From: an uncultured Gemmatimonadaceae bacterium
GTDB taxonomy: Bacteria; Gemmatimonadota; Gemmatimonadetes; Gemmatimonadales; Gemmatimonadaceae
DNA length: 64,000 nucleotides
Assembly (NCBI GenBank): GCA_963751275.1
Contig: CAVVTZ010000011.1
Span: forward strand, 64,001-128,000
Reading direction: 5' to 3'
The stretch's first letter is position 1; the number at the start of each line of letters is the position of its first letter. Below the pieces are notes generated by a model. That model had not been told where the DNA came from and did not search any database. It was given only the letters and a program-made list of their open reading frames with translations. Shown here in pieces: positions 54,113-64,000 of the stretch. Made by a program: the position numbers and the translations under genes.

Positions 54113-55374
54113 TCCCCGGCTTCGCCCGCACCGACGGCGCGCTCGCCTGCGAGGGCGTGCCGCTCGACGCGATCGCGGCGGCCGCGGGCACGCCGGCGTA
54201 CGTCTACAGCGCCGGCGCGATGCGCGACGCGTACGAGCGGCTCCGCCGCGCGCTCGCGCCCGTGCCGCATCGCGTGCACTACAGCGTGAAGGCGAACTCG
54301 AACGGTGCGGTGCTGCGCCTCCTGCGCGAACTCGGCGCCGGCGTGGACATCGTCTCGGGCGGCGAGCTCTTCCGCGCGAAGCGCGCTGGGTTCGGTGGCA
54401 CCGACATCGTGTTCTCCGGCGTGGGGAAGACCGAGGCCGAGTTGCGCGAGGCGCTCGCGGCCGGCGTGCTGATGGTGAACGTCGAGTCCGAGAGCGAGCT
54501 GCGGCTGCTCAGCCGCGTCGCCGGCGAACTGAAGGTGACGGCGCCGATCGCGCTGCGCGTGAATCCCGAGGTGGAGGTGGACACGCACAGCTACATCACC
54601 ACCGGCGAGCGCGGCAACAAGTTCGGCATCCCCTTCGAGCGCGCGCTCGCGGTGGCCCTGCTCGCGCTGTCGCTGCCGAACATCAGGCTGCTCGGCCTCG
54701 ACATGCACATCGGCTCGCAACTCTCCGATCTCGAGCCGTACCGCGAGGGACTGCAGCGGCTGCTCGAGCTGCACGCCGCGCTCAAGGCGGCCGGCGCACG
54801 CGACGTGAAGTACTGCGACATCGGCGGCGGCCTCGCGGTCACGTACGACGCCGAGATGCCAATGGACGTGCAGGCGTTCGCGACCGCGGTGCTGCCGTTG
54901 GTCGCCGCTTCGGGGCTGACATTGCTCGTGGAACCCGGCCGGTTCCTGGTGGGCAACTCTGGCGTGCTGCTGTCGCGCGTGCTGGTGAAGAAGCACAGCG
55001 GCGGCCACGAGTACGTGATCATCGATGCGGGCATGAACGACCTGCTGCGCCCGTCGCACTACAACGCGTTCCATCACGTGGAAGCGGTGCGTCCGCGTCC
55101 GGGCCGCGCGACGGTGGATGTCGTCGGCCCCGTGTGCGAGAGCGGCGACTTCGTGGCGCTCGAGCGCGACATGGAGATGGTGGAGGAAGGCGATCTCGTC
55201 GCCATCCGCTCGGCGGGCGCGTATGGCTTCGTGATGTCGTCGAATTACAATTCGCGGCCGCGCGCCGCGGAAGTGCTGGTGGACGGGGACCGGTTCGCGA
55301 TCGTGACCGCACGGGAACGCTATGAGGATCTCATTCGCCTCGAGCCCGCCGTGCCCGACTGGAGGACGTCCTGA
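54094..55374 (+). CDS. lysA: Diaminopimelate decarboxylase
   Basis: YSVKAN, HIGSQ, DIGGG, EPGRF, GPVCESGD, GAYG. Confidence 0.95.
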
Positions 55375-55882
55375 TGCGCGTAGGTGTGATCGCGGACACG
55401 CACGACCGGGTGCCGGCCATCGCCGAGTTCGCCAAGCGATTCAGGGCGGCTGGCGCCAATATGGTATTGCACGCGGGCGACTACTGCGCGCCCTGGGCGC
55501 TCAAGCCGATCATCGAGCCGGGCTCACGCTCGCCGGCGTCTTCGGCCGCAACGATGGCGATCTCGAGGGGCTGCGCATGGAGGCCGCGCGCGGCATGGGG
55601 ATCGAGCTCTTCGAGTCACCGCACAGCGTGGAGGTGGCGGGCGTGCGCATCCTGCTCGTGCACGACATCGGCGAGGTGAGCGAGCGCTCGATCGCGGAGC
55701 ACGGGATCGTGGTGCACGGATTCACGCACCAGCATCAGATGCGCAGTGAGGGCGATTCGCTCGTGATCAATCCGGGCGAGGCATGCGGCTGGGTGTTCGG
55801 CACGCCGAGCGCGGCGATCCTCGATCTCGATTCGCGGCGCGTGGAGTTCATTACGCTGCCGCCGGCGGAGTGGCCGCGTTGA
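55374..55882 (+). CDS. YfcE/MJ0936-type metallophosphoesterase (frameshift near 55520)
   Basis: ADTHD, HAGD, INPGE. Confidence 0.85.
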
Positions 55883-57424
55883 CCAGCCGCATCCTGATCC
55901 TCGATTTCGGGTCGCAGTTCACGCAGCTCATTGCGCGTCGTGTGCGTGAGGCGCGCGTCTACTCGGAGATCCACCCGCCCACGCGCAGCGCGCAGTGGAT
56001 CCGCGATTGGAACCCCACCGGCATCATCTTCAGCGGCGGTCCGGCGTCGGTATACGATGACAATGTGCCGAGTGCCGACCGCGCGGTGCTCGACATCGCG
56101 CCCGTGCTCGGCATCTGCTATGGCATGCAGCTCGTTGCGCATCTGGAAGGGGGCGCGGTGATCGGGGCGGGGCGGCGGGAATACGGTCGCGCGGAGATCA
56201 CCGTGCTCGAGAGCGACGGCATCTTCGCCGGCTTCGAGAGCGGCGAGAAGATCACGGCGTGGGCGAGCCACGGCGATCACGTGGACGCGGCGCCCACGGG
56301 GTACCGTGTCACCGCTTCCAGCGCGACCGTCGCGATCGCGGGGATGCGGCACGACACCAAGCCCATCCATTGCGTGCAATTCCACCCCGAAGTGGCGCAC
56401 ACGCCGCGTGGGCGCGAGATCATCTCCGAACTTCCTGTTCAACATTTGCAAGGCGGAGCCGAGTTGGACGCCGGGGAAATTCATCGAAGACGAGATCGCG
56501 AAGATCCGCGCAATGGTCGGGAAGAGCCGCGTGATCTGCGGACTGTCCGGCGGTGTGGACTCAGCGGTGGCCGCCGCGCTCGTCCATCGCGCGATCGGCG
56601 ATCAGCTCACGTGCATCTTCGTGGACCACGGACTGCTGCGGATGCACGAGCGCGAACAGGTGGAGCGGACATTCCGGGCGCACCTCGGCATTGATCTGCG
56701 CACGGTTGACGCATCAGAACTGTTCCTCAAGGCCCTTGCCGGCATTGAGGATCCCGAGGAGAAACGCCGGCGCATCGGGCACACCTTCATCGATGTGTTC
56801 GAGGAAGCCGCGCTCGGCGTCGGCAAGGATGTCGATTTCCTGGTGCAGGGGACGCTGTACCCCGACGTGATCGAGAGCGCATCGCCTAAGGGCGGGCCGA
56901 GCGTGACCATCAAGACGCATCACAATGTGGGCGGGCTCAAGCCGGGGATGAAGTTCAAGCTCATCGAGCCGCTGCGGGAGTTGTTCAAGGATGAAGTGCG
57001 GAACGTGGGTCGCGAGTTGGGGCTTCCGGAGGAGATGGTGGGTCGTCACCCGTTCCCGGGGCCGGGGCTCGCGATCCGCATCCTTTCCGACGTTACGCGC
57101 GAGAAGCTCGACACACTGCGCAAGGCCGACGCGGTCTATCTCGAAGGGATACGCGAGGCGGGACTATACGACGAGATCTGGCAGGCGTTCGCGGTCTTGC
57201 TTCCGGTGAAGAGCGTCGGAGTGATGGGCGACTTCCGCACGTACGAAAATGTGTGCGCGCTGCGGGCCGTGACGAGCCAGGATGGGATGACGGCCGACTG
57301 GTACCCGTTCCCGCACGAGGTGCTGGGGGCGATCGCGAACCGGATCATGAATGAAGTGAAAGGCGTGAATCGCGTGGTGTACGATGTCAGTTCGAAGCCG
57401 CCGGCCACGATCGAGTGGGAATGA
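55879..57424 (+). CDS. guaA: GMP synthase, glutamine-hydrolysing (frameshift near 56425)
   Basis: [41 protein letters not shown]. Confidence 0.97.
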
Positions 57425-57513
57425 CTCCCTACTGACGGCGACTGAAACGCCGCTGCGGGCCTGCGCGGCGGGCGCGTAAGCCGATCCCCTCAAGTCACAG
57501 GATGCGAGGCGAC

Positions 57514-58044
57514 TCAGAGCCGGAGACTCACTCCCACCCCGACGCGCCCGCCGGGAAGCAGAGCGGCGTGCGCTTGAGCTTGCAGTGCCACGGTCTTCCA
57601 TGGGCTAGTGCGAATGAGCGCACCGATGCCCGCCCCGAGCAGTCCACCCACCAGTCCCACTATTCCGGCCGCCGCAGCGCGAGGCGGGCACCCCAGCTCC
57701 CCCTCGTTGCATCCGGCCGCCGCGCCGACCACAGCGCCGACGCCCAACCCCACCAACCCTCCGGTCAGCGCATGGCCGTGCGATTTCCGGTTCCCGTGAT
57801 TCACCTCGAAATGGGTGATGACTCCAATCGGCAACACCAATAGCACCGTGTCCTTCCCGGTGCCGCGCACGGTCAGGGAATCCCCTCGCCGCTGCACGAA
57901 CACTCCTGGCCAGTGTTCGAGCTGGATCGACGGCGCGGTGACCTTCACGGCATCACCCTTGGCGAGCTTCGCCGAATCCTGCGCCGCCAACGTGAGTGCC
58001 GCGCACACCAACGACATCGCCAACACCCCGTCAACAGGTCGCAT
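57514..58044 (-). CDS. Hypothetical exported protein with glycine-zipper helices
   Basis: Signal-like N-terminus and GxxxG-rich segments. Confidence 0.65.
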   Translation of the reverse strand: MRPVDGVLAMSLVCAALTLAAQDSAKLAKGDAVKVTAPSIQLEHWPGVFVQRRGDSLTVRGTGKDTVLLVLPIGVITHFEVNHGNRKSHGHALTGGLVGLGVGAVVGAAAGCNEGELGCPPRAAAAGIVGLVGGLLGAGIGALIRTSPWKTVALQAQAHAALLPGGRVGVGVSLRL

Positions 58045-58228
58045 GGATGCCTTCCCGTTCGCGTGAAGTGCACACTGAGGGTTAGGACCGGGCGCATCAA
58101 TCGGGGTTGCGACCCCGCTCGGTCGGGGAATCCCTGACCTCGTGCTGTTCACGCGGTCCGTCATGCGCGCGCTTGCGCGATCAGCGGGAGTTCTGAATGG
58201 TTAGCCCAGCATCAACCCCGGGAGCAGC

Positions 58229-58891
58229 ATGACACACCGTGCCCTTGCCGCCGCAGGAGCGGCGGTCCTGATCATTGCATTGTCGGCGAACGGGCAGGCG
58301 ACGGTCGCGGCACCGGCGCGGCGGGCGAACGGCGCGACCGCGAATCAAACCTTGGTCAACGCGCAGGCGATGGCGGTCAAACCGGTGCCGGCGAACTTGG
58401 CGGCGATCCATGCGAAGATCTCGCCGCGGCTCAGCCCGGCGGCGCGAACGTGGGCGCAGTCCGAGGGGCGGGTGATCGCCGGACGCAGTCTGAGCGCGCA
58501 CGACATGACCACGCTAGCGCAGCAGAACGCCGCGAATCGCTTCGCCGGTCAGGGGCTCACGAGCGTGGATATCGAGGCGCTCGCCTTCTGCGCCTTGATG
58601 GAGGCCTCCGCCGATGCGCAGGACGACCTCAAAGCGATCATGGCCGGAGTCAAGGCCATCAACAACGCCAAGGCGCAGCAGCGCGCCCTACTGAGCGCGG
58701 CGCAGCACTTGCACGAGCCGCAGGCCGATTCCCTTCCGCACGAGAAGCATCAGAGCAGCGACCTGACCCAGGAGCAGCAGGTGCAAATGCAGGCGGTGAT
58801 GGACCGGATGACGCAGGCCGACGAGGCGATGAGCAGCATCGCGAAGCAGGTCTCAGGCACTCAAAGTCAGATCATTCCGAACCTGAAGTAA
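58229..58891 (+). CDS. Secreted helical protein with T3SS needle/tip-filament-like C-terminus
   Basis: Signal peptide; GGAG RBS; ends QMQAVMDRMTQADEAMSSIAKQVSGTQSQIIPNLK. Confidence 0.7.
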   Translation: MTHRALAAAGAAVLIIALSANGQATVAAPARRANGATANQTLVNAQAMAVKPVPANLAAIHAKISPRLSPAARTWAQSEGRVIAGRSLSAHDMTTLAQQNAANRFAGQGLTSVDIEALAFCALMEASADAQDDLKAIMAGVKAINNAKAQQRALLSAAQHLHEPQADSLPHEKHQSSDLTQEQQVQMQAVMDRMTQADEAMSSIAKQVSGTQSQIIPNLK

Positions 58892-59097
58892 CGGCGGCCG
58901 GCGAGGCGGGGCGCTTGGATTTCGATTGAATTCAGCGGCGCGCGTTTGCAGTGGGGGCGCGAAATCAACCTGAATGGGCGGCCGGGGGGCGCGGTCCTCA
59001 GCTCGCAAGGGGCCGTGCATTCTACTGACGCCAAGTTGATGGACCTACCGACCAATCGGCCGGCGCTGTTCTCGACGCGTCCGACCAACGACTTCCG

Positions 59098-59173
59098 CTA
59101 GACGCCCTTCTCCTCAAGCTGCGCGATGAACTGCTTTGGTTCCGTGAGCCCGAGCAGCCTCTGCGGCACGTCC
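59098..59173 (-). pseudogene. Orphan diverged copy of the ptsN 3' end
   Basis: Encodes DVPQRLLGLTEPKQFIAQLEEKGV*, matching the end of ptsN at 59691-59769. Confidence 0.88.
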
Positions 59174-59176
59174 ACG

Positions 59177-59617
59177 TCATCGCTGGAGTTCGAGTGTATA
59201 GGTCTGAACAAGTTGGCCGGCGGTGAAGGCGATGGGTATGGAGCAATCGACTGTGGTGGTACAAGAGCCGTAGAAGTCGTAGTAATCCGGCCCGTCCCAC
59301 GGGTCGGCCGCAACAGTTTCTACCAAGGCCCCGGATACGGCTCCCCCCGCCGCGTTGATCTGCCCCGCAACCGCATACGTTATGCCCGGCTGCACCCGTA
59401 CGGGACCGGTCATGAAGGTCCCCGTCGAGTTGTCCGCGACCGTGAATGGACCGAAATCGATCGACGTTTTGTCGAAATAAGCGTGACTCCATCGACCCGA
59501 ATACGGGTTTACGGGAGCAGTGGGAGCTGATGGATTGGAGCAGCCCGACGCCAAACAGGCGGCACACGCCAGCGTCAGAGGGACGGTATGAAGGACGTTG
59601 CGGCGCGGCTTGGACAT
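59177..59617 (-). CDS. Hypothetical lipoprotein
   Basis: Lipobox LASGC; AGGAGG RBS; codon usage atypical for the window. Confidence 0.75.
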   Translation of the reverse strand: MSKPRRNVLHTVPLTLACAACLASGCSNPSAPTAPVNPYSGRWSHAYFDKTSIDFGPFTVADNSTGTFMTGPVRVQPGITYAVAGQINAAGGAVSGALVETVAADPWDGPDYYDFYGSCTTTVDCSIPIAFTAGQLVQTYTLELQR

Positions 59618-59690
59618 GTTGCCTCCTTGAACCGATCGATTGGTACGGAAGCTTCGACCTTTGCGCGATCAGCAGGGCGCCATGCCGCAG

Positions 59691-60146
59691 CTATACGCCC
59701 TTCTCCTCCAGCAGCGCGATGAACTGCTTCGGCTCGGTCAGTCCGCAGGAGCCGCGTGCGGCACATCCGCCTCCTTCGAGAACTGCGCGATCTTGCCGAG
59801 CACCGGCAGATACTGATTGGAGACTTCGAGCGGCGGCGCCACGATGAGGAAGAAGAACTGCACCGGCTTCTCGTCGATCGCCTTGAAATCCACGCCCGCC
59901 GCCTTCCGCCCGAACGCCACCCGCAGCTTGTTCACCACCAGCGAGCGGCAGTGGGGGATGGCGATCCCGCGCCCAATGCCCGTCGAGCCGAGGTTCTCGC
60001 GCCGCTTCAGCATCTTGAACAGCATGCCGTCCGATCTTCTCGTCGAGCTTGAGCAGCCCGATCAGCTCCTTGAGGATCTCGTCCTTCGTGGTGCCCTCGA
60101 GATCGAGCTTGATCGCATCATCAGCGAAGAATTGGCGCAGTTCCAT
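59691..60146 (-). CDS. ptsN: PTS IIA (fructose/nitrogen-type) protein (frameshifted)
   Basis: RENLGSTGIGRGIAIPH, GVDFKAIDEKPVQFFFLIVAP. Confidence 0.85.
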   Translation of the reverse strand: MELRQFFADDAIKLDLEGTTKDEILKELIGLLKLDEKIGRHAVQDAEAAREPRLDGHWARDRHPPLPLAGGEQAAGGVRAEGGGRGFQGDRREAGAVLLPHRGAAARSLQSVSAGARQDRAVLEGGGCAARGSCGLTEPKQFIALLEEKGV

Positions 60147-60209
60147 ACGTCGGGTGGCCTCGGGGATCGGCAGCGGAGGCGCGCCAACTCTGGCGCGCTC
60201 GGACGGAGA

Positions 60210-60238
60210 AAGCTACGCCCCACCCCCGCCGGAGTCAA
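60210..60238 (-). promoter_or_regulatory. Promoter of ptsN
   Basis: TTGACT-N17-TAGCTT on the minus strand. Confidence 0.6.
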
Positions 60239-60247
60239 AGTACCGCG

Positions 60248-60276
60248 TTGCACCGACTTGCCTGCGTCGTTAGCCT
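60248..60276 (+). promoter_or_regulatory. Leaderless-type promoter of dusB
   Basis: TTGCAC-N17-TAGCCT, 6 nt before ATG 60283. Confidence 0.55.
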
Positions 60277-60282
60277 TCACAG

Positions 60283-61293
60283 ATGCCCCGCTTCCCCTTT
60301 CCCACGGCCCACGAGGTCCCCCTCTACCTCGCGCCCATGGCCGGCGTCTCCGAGTCGCCCTTCCGGCGCCTCTGCCGCCGCTGGGGCGCGGACGTGGTCG
60401 TCACGGAATTCCTGTCGGCGGAAGGGATCCGGCGCGAGAACGAAGCCACGATCTCCAAGCTCCGCTTCGGCGACGATGAACGCCCCATCGGGGTGCAGAT
60501 CTTCGGCGCCGACCCGCACGCCATGGGCGAGGCCGCGGCTTTCGTCACGGATGTCTTCGCTCCCGAATTCATCGACATCAACTTCGGCTGCCCGGTCAAG
60601 AAGGTCGTCAAGCGCAACGGCGGCTCGGGCTGCCTCAAGGACATGGGGCTCGTGACCGATGTCATCAAGGCCGTGCGTGCGGGCACGACCCTCCCCGTCA
60701 CGGTGAAGATCCGCAGCGGCTGGAGCGAGGAGATGCGCAACCCGGTCGAGATCGCGCTCCGCTGCCAGGACGCGGGCGCCACCGTGCTGGCGCTGCATCC
60801 GCGCACGCGCGCGCAGATGTACACGGGCAACGCGCGCTGGGACGAGATCGCCGCCGTCGTGCAGGCGCTCGACATCCCGGTGCTCGGCAATGGCGACATC
60901 CACACGGCGCACGATGCCTTCCGCATGCACTCGGAAACGGGCTGCGCCGGCGTCATGATCGCGCGCGGATCCTTCGGCCAGCCGTGGATCTTCGCGCAGG
61001 CCCGCGCGCTGCTCAACGGCACGCCGATGCCCGATGCGCCGCCGGTCGCCGAGCGCTTCGCGGTCGCCATCCAGCACGCGCGCATGGCCGACGAGTACGA
61101 GCACGACCCGCGCGGCGCCGCCATCGAGTTCCGAAAGCACCTCGGCTGGTACGTGAAGGGACTTCCCGGTTCCGCCGATCTGCGCAAGCGGCTGCACGCG
61201 GTCACGTCGCTCGCCGAGGTGGAGGGGATCTTCGCCGACTACCTTCGCGCGTCCGAGCGCGACGGGCGCCTCGCGGAGCCGGCCGTCGCGTGA
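60283..61293 (+). CDS. dusB: tRNA-dihydrouridine synthase
   Basis: LAPMAGV, DINFGCP, VTVKIRSG, GNGDI, FRKHLGWY. Confidence 0.93.
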   Translation: MPRFPFPTAHEVPLYLAPMAGVSESPFRRLCRRWGADVVVTEFLSAEGIRRENEATISKLRFGDDERPIGVQIFGADPHAMGEAAAFVTDVFAPEFIDINFGCPVKKVVKRNGGSGCLKDMGLVTDVIKAVRAGTTLPVTVKIRSGWSEEMRNPVEIALRCQDAGATVLALHPRTRAQMYTGNARWDEIAAVVQALDIPVLGNGDIHTAHDAFRMHSETGCAGVMIARGSFGQPWIFAQARALLNGTPMPDAPPVAERFAVAIQHARMADEYEHDPRGAAIEFRKHLGWYVKGLPGSADLRKRLHAVTSLAEVEGIFADYLRASERDGRLAEPAVA

Positions 61294-62041
61294 TGCGCGA
61301 GCGGGTGCTCGCGCTGCTGCGCCAGGTGGCCGGCGGGGAGGTGCCCGCCGAGGAGGCACTGCGCGCGCTCTCGCGCCCCGATCTCGAAGCGCTCCCCTTC
61401 GCGACGATCGACCACCATCGCGCGCTCCGGAACGGCTATCCCGAGGTGATCTTCGCCGAGGGAAAGACCGCCGAGCAGGTGGTGGAGATCGCCGCGCGCA
61501 TCGCGGCGCACGGCGAGGGATTCCTTGCGACGCGCGTACCCGACGTGATGCGCCCCGCCATTGCCGCGCGATTCCCCAACGCGCAGTTGAACGACGTCGC
61601 GCGCACCGCGTTCCTCGCGCCGGACACGCCGCCGCCCGCGGGGCGGGGCACGGTGCTCGATCATCACGGCCGGCACGAGCGACATTCCGGTCGCGGAGGA
61701 GGCGGCGGTCACCGCCTGCGCGCTCGGCAACCGTGTTGAACGCCTGACCGATGTCGGCGTCGCCGGCATCCACCGCGTGCTGGCGCAGGGGGACGCTGCT
61801 CGCGCAGGCCTCGGTGGTGATCGTGGTGGCCGGCATGGAAGGGGCGCTCGCCTCGGTCGTGGGCGGCCTCGTGGCGGCGCCCGTGATCGCCGTTCCCACG
61901 AGCGTCGGCTATGGCGCGAGCTTCGGCGGGATCGCCGCGTTATTGGGCATGCTGAACAGTTGCGCCTCCGGAGTCACTGTCGTCAACATTGACAACGGAT
62001 TCGGCGCGGCCTGCGCCGCATCGCGCATCAATCACGCCTGA
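61293..62041 (+). CDS. larB: Nickel-pincer cofactor biosynthesis carboxylase LarB (frameshifts)
   Basis: [59 protein letters not shown]. Confidence 0.9.
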
Positions 62042-62050
62042 CCCCCTCCC

Positions 62051-64000
62051 GTGGGAATCGACCCCACGCTCTTCGATCGCCCCGCTGCGCCGCGCATCTC
62101 GGTCGCCTTCCTCGTCACTGCGGCGATGGCGGTCGCGGCCGCGACCGCCGTCGGTTCCTACGTCGCCACCGCCGCCGCGCTGATCGCGGCGGTCTTCACG
62201 TGGCGGGTCGGCCCGCTCCTTGGCGGGATCGTCGTGGGGGCGCTCAGCGCCGGGATCATCATGGCGGATCCGCTGATCCCGCACCCGATGCCGCTGCATC
62301 TCCTGGTGTACATCGTCGCGCTGATGCTGGTCGCGATGGCCACCGGCATGGTCGCCCGGCGCGACTCCGCGCGCGCGGCCGCCGAACCCGAGCCCGAAAT
62401 GGATCGCGCGCAGCTGATGCGGTCGCGCGAGACTCCCGTGCGCACCCAGCGCGCCGTCACCGGCGAGCAGCGGACGTTCAAGAGCAATCCGGAGATGGCC
62501 AAGCTCAAGCTGCCGGTCGAGCCGCCGCCGCCCCCACCGCGCACCAACACCTCAATGCCGCGCATCGCGGCGATCTCGAGCGTGCCGAGCGGCGGCGAGA
62601 CGACCGACCCGGTGACGCAGGATGTCGAGCGCGACGTGGTGCGCCGCTTCCTGCGCGACATGCGCGACGCGCTCGCCGCGGATGAGGTCGCCCTCTGGCA
62701 GCATTTCGAGGACACCGACGAGGTGCGCCCCTACGCCGTGGCCGTGCAATCGCCGCTCTCGCTCAACCTCGCGACGAAGCCGCTGAACGAGACGCTCGTC
62801 CTCTCCGCCGCGCTCGGCCGCACCGCCACGAACTACGACAACGAGCTGAATTACTTCCTCGCGATCCCGGCCGGCGCTGAAGGCCGCTTCCACGGCGCGC
62901 TCGGCGTGTACGCCGAGGACCGGATGACCTTCCAGCGCGACCGCGCCAAGCAGCTGCTGCCGCTCTACGCCGACCAGCTGGCGCATCTCCTCCTGCTCCT
63001 GCACGACGGCAAGGAGACGCGGCGCTATCGCGGTAAGGCCGACCGCGTGCTGGACGCGATCGAGCGCATCCAGAAACCGCAGAAGATCGATGAGCTGGCG
63101 ATGGAGATCTGCCGCGCCGCCAAGGAAGTGTCCGGCGCGAGCCGCGTGGCGTACGTGCAGTGGGACCACAAGAAGAAGGAGGGAACGGTCCTCGCCGTGC
63201 TCCCGCCCCACAGCAAGGAATTCCCGTTCGCGAAGACCGCGTCGAAGGATTCGCTCACCGCCATGGCGTGCGAGCATCAGAAGGGGATCATGCTGCGCGA
63301 GGTGTTCGCGAGCGTCGCCATGCCGCTGCTGGTGCAGGGGGAACCCGAGCCGCGCCCGGGGTCGGCGGCGGTGGTGGCCGTCGCCAAGAACGAGGACGTC
63401 GTGGGCGCCGTCGTCGTGGAGGGGGAGCAGGAGGGGCAGATCACTACCGTCGAAGTCAGCATGCTCCAGCTGCTCTCCAAGTTCGCCTACGTGGCGGTGA
63501 ACAGCGTCAAGGAGCTCGAGCTGCGCACGGGGCAGGCCACCCGCGACGCGCTCACGGGGCTGGCCAACCGGCATGCCTTCGACGAGTACATGGGCAAGCT
63601 GCTCACGTCCCCCGACCGCATGGGGCAGAAGACGTCGCTCCTCCTGCTGGACGTGGACAAGTTCAAGGGCGTGAACGACAAATTCGGCCACGACGGCGGC
63701 GACGAGGTGCTGAAGGGGGTCGCCAAGGTGCTCATGAAGGGCGTGCGCGGCGCCGACGACTTGTGCGCCCGCATCGGCGGCGAGGAGATGGCGATCGTGC
63801 TCCCCGACACCGCGCGGAAGGGGGCGGTGGAGGTCGCCGAGCGTCTGCGCCTGGCGATCGAGAAGATGTCGGTCACGACGGCCGACGGCGTCACGATCCA
63901 GGTGACCGCGTCGTTCGGCGTGGCGAGCCACCCCGAGTCGGTGGTCGGTCAGGAGAAGCTGTTCAAGGCCGCGGACGAGGCGTTGTACCAGGCGAAGAAC
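62051..64000 (+). CDS. Membrane-anchored GAF-like/GGDEF diguanylate cyclase (runs off the window; absent from the ORF track)
   Basis: Open frame from GTG 62051: TM helices, then RDALTGLANR, DVDKFKGVNDKFGHDGGD, RIGGEEM, ADEALYQAK. Confidence 0.92.
   Translation, partial: MGIDPTLFDRPAAPRISVAFLVTAAMAVAAATAVGSYVATAAALIAAVFTWRVGPLLGGIVVGALSAGIIMADPLIPHPMPLHLLVYIVALMLVAMATGMVARRDSARAAAEPEPEMDRAQLMRSRETPVRTQRAVTGEQRTFKSNPEMAKLKLPVEPPPPPPRTNTSMPRIAAISSVPSGGETTDPVTQDVERDVVRRFLRDMRDALAADEVALWQHFEDTDEVRPYAVAVQSPLSLNLATKPLNETLVLSAALGRTATNYDNELNYFLAIPAGAEGRFHGALGVYAEDRMTFQRDRAKQLLPLYADQLAHLLLLLHDGKETRRYRGKADRVLDAIERIQKPQKIDELAMEICRAAKEVSGASRVAYVQWDHKKKEGTVLAVLPPHSKEFPFAKTASKDSLTAMACEHQKGIMLREVFASVAMPLLVQGEPEPRPGSAAVVAVAKNEDVVGAVVVEGEQEGQITTVEVSMLQLLSKFAYVAVNSVKELELRTGQATRDALTGLANRHAFDEYMGKLLTSPDRMGQKTSLLLLDVDKFKGVNDKFGHDGGDEVLKGVAKVLMKGVRGADDLCARIGGEEMAIVLPDTARKGAVEVAERLRLAIEKMSVTTADGVTIQVTASFGVASHPESVVGQEKLFKAADEALYQAKN

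Overview
A very GC-rich bacterial chromosome segment, most likely Gemmatimonadota (inferred from gene order and the style of the RpsA/RpsB terminal extensions). It is mostly housekeeping: a lysine/aromatic operon (M20 deacylase, asd, lysC, dapB, dapA, dapD, tyrA, aroA, cmk), rpsA, an acyl-CoA carboxylase cluster, rplM-rpsI-rpsB-tsf-pyrH-frr-uppS-cdsA-dxr-rseP, rpsO-pnp, ald, iorAB, mreBCD-mrdA-rodA-accD-folC-hisS-proS-lysA-guaA, ptsN, dusB, larB and a diguanylate cyclase. Many essential genes carry indels that look like long-read assembly errors. I saw no rRNA, tRNA, CRISPR array, integrase or transposase. Highlights: (1) a probable selenoprotein missed by the ORF track (AhpC/TSA-like, W-U-P-N-C, with a SECIS-like hairpin) inside the carboxylase operon; (2) three families of long intergenic palindromes with related arms and variable self-complementary cores, often beside inserted accessory genes and AT-shifted gene ends; (3) a synonymously diverged second copy of the ptsN 3' end bracketing a lipoprotein gene, with no integrase nearby; (4) a signal-peptide protein with a T3SS-filament-like C-terminus; (5) an archaeal-style geranylgeranyl reductase plus ferredoxin pair; (6) recurrent leaderless-type promoters. 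All family assignments come from motif recognition, not database searches.
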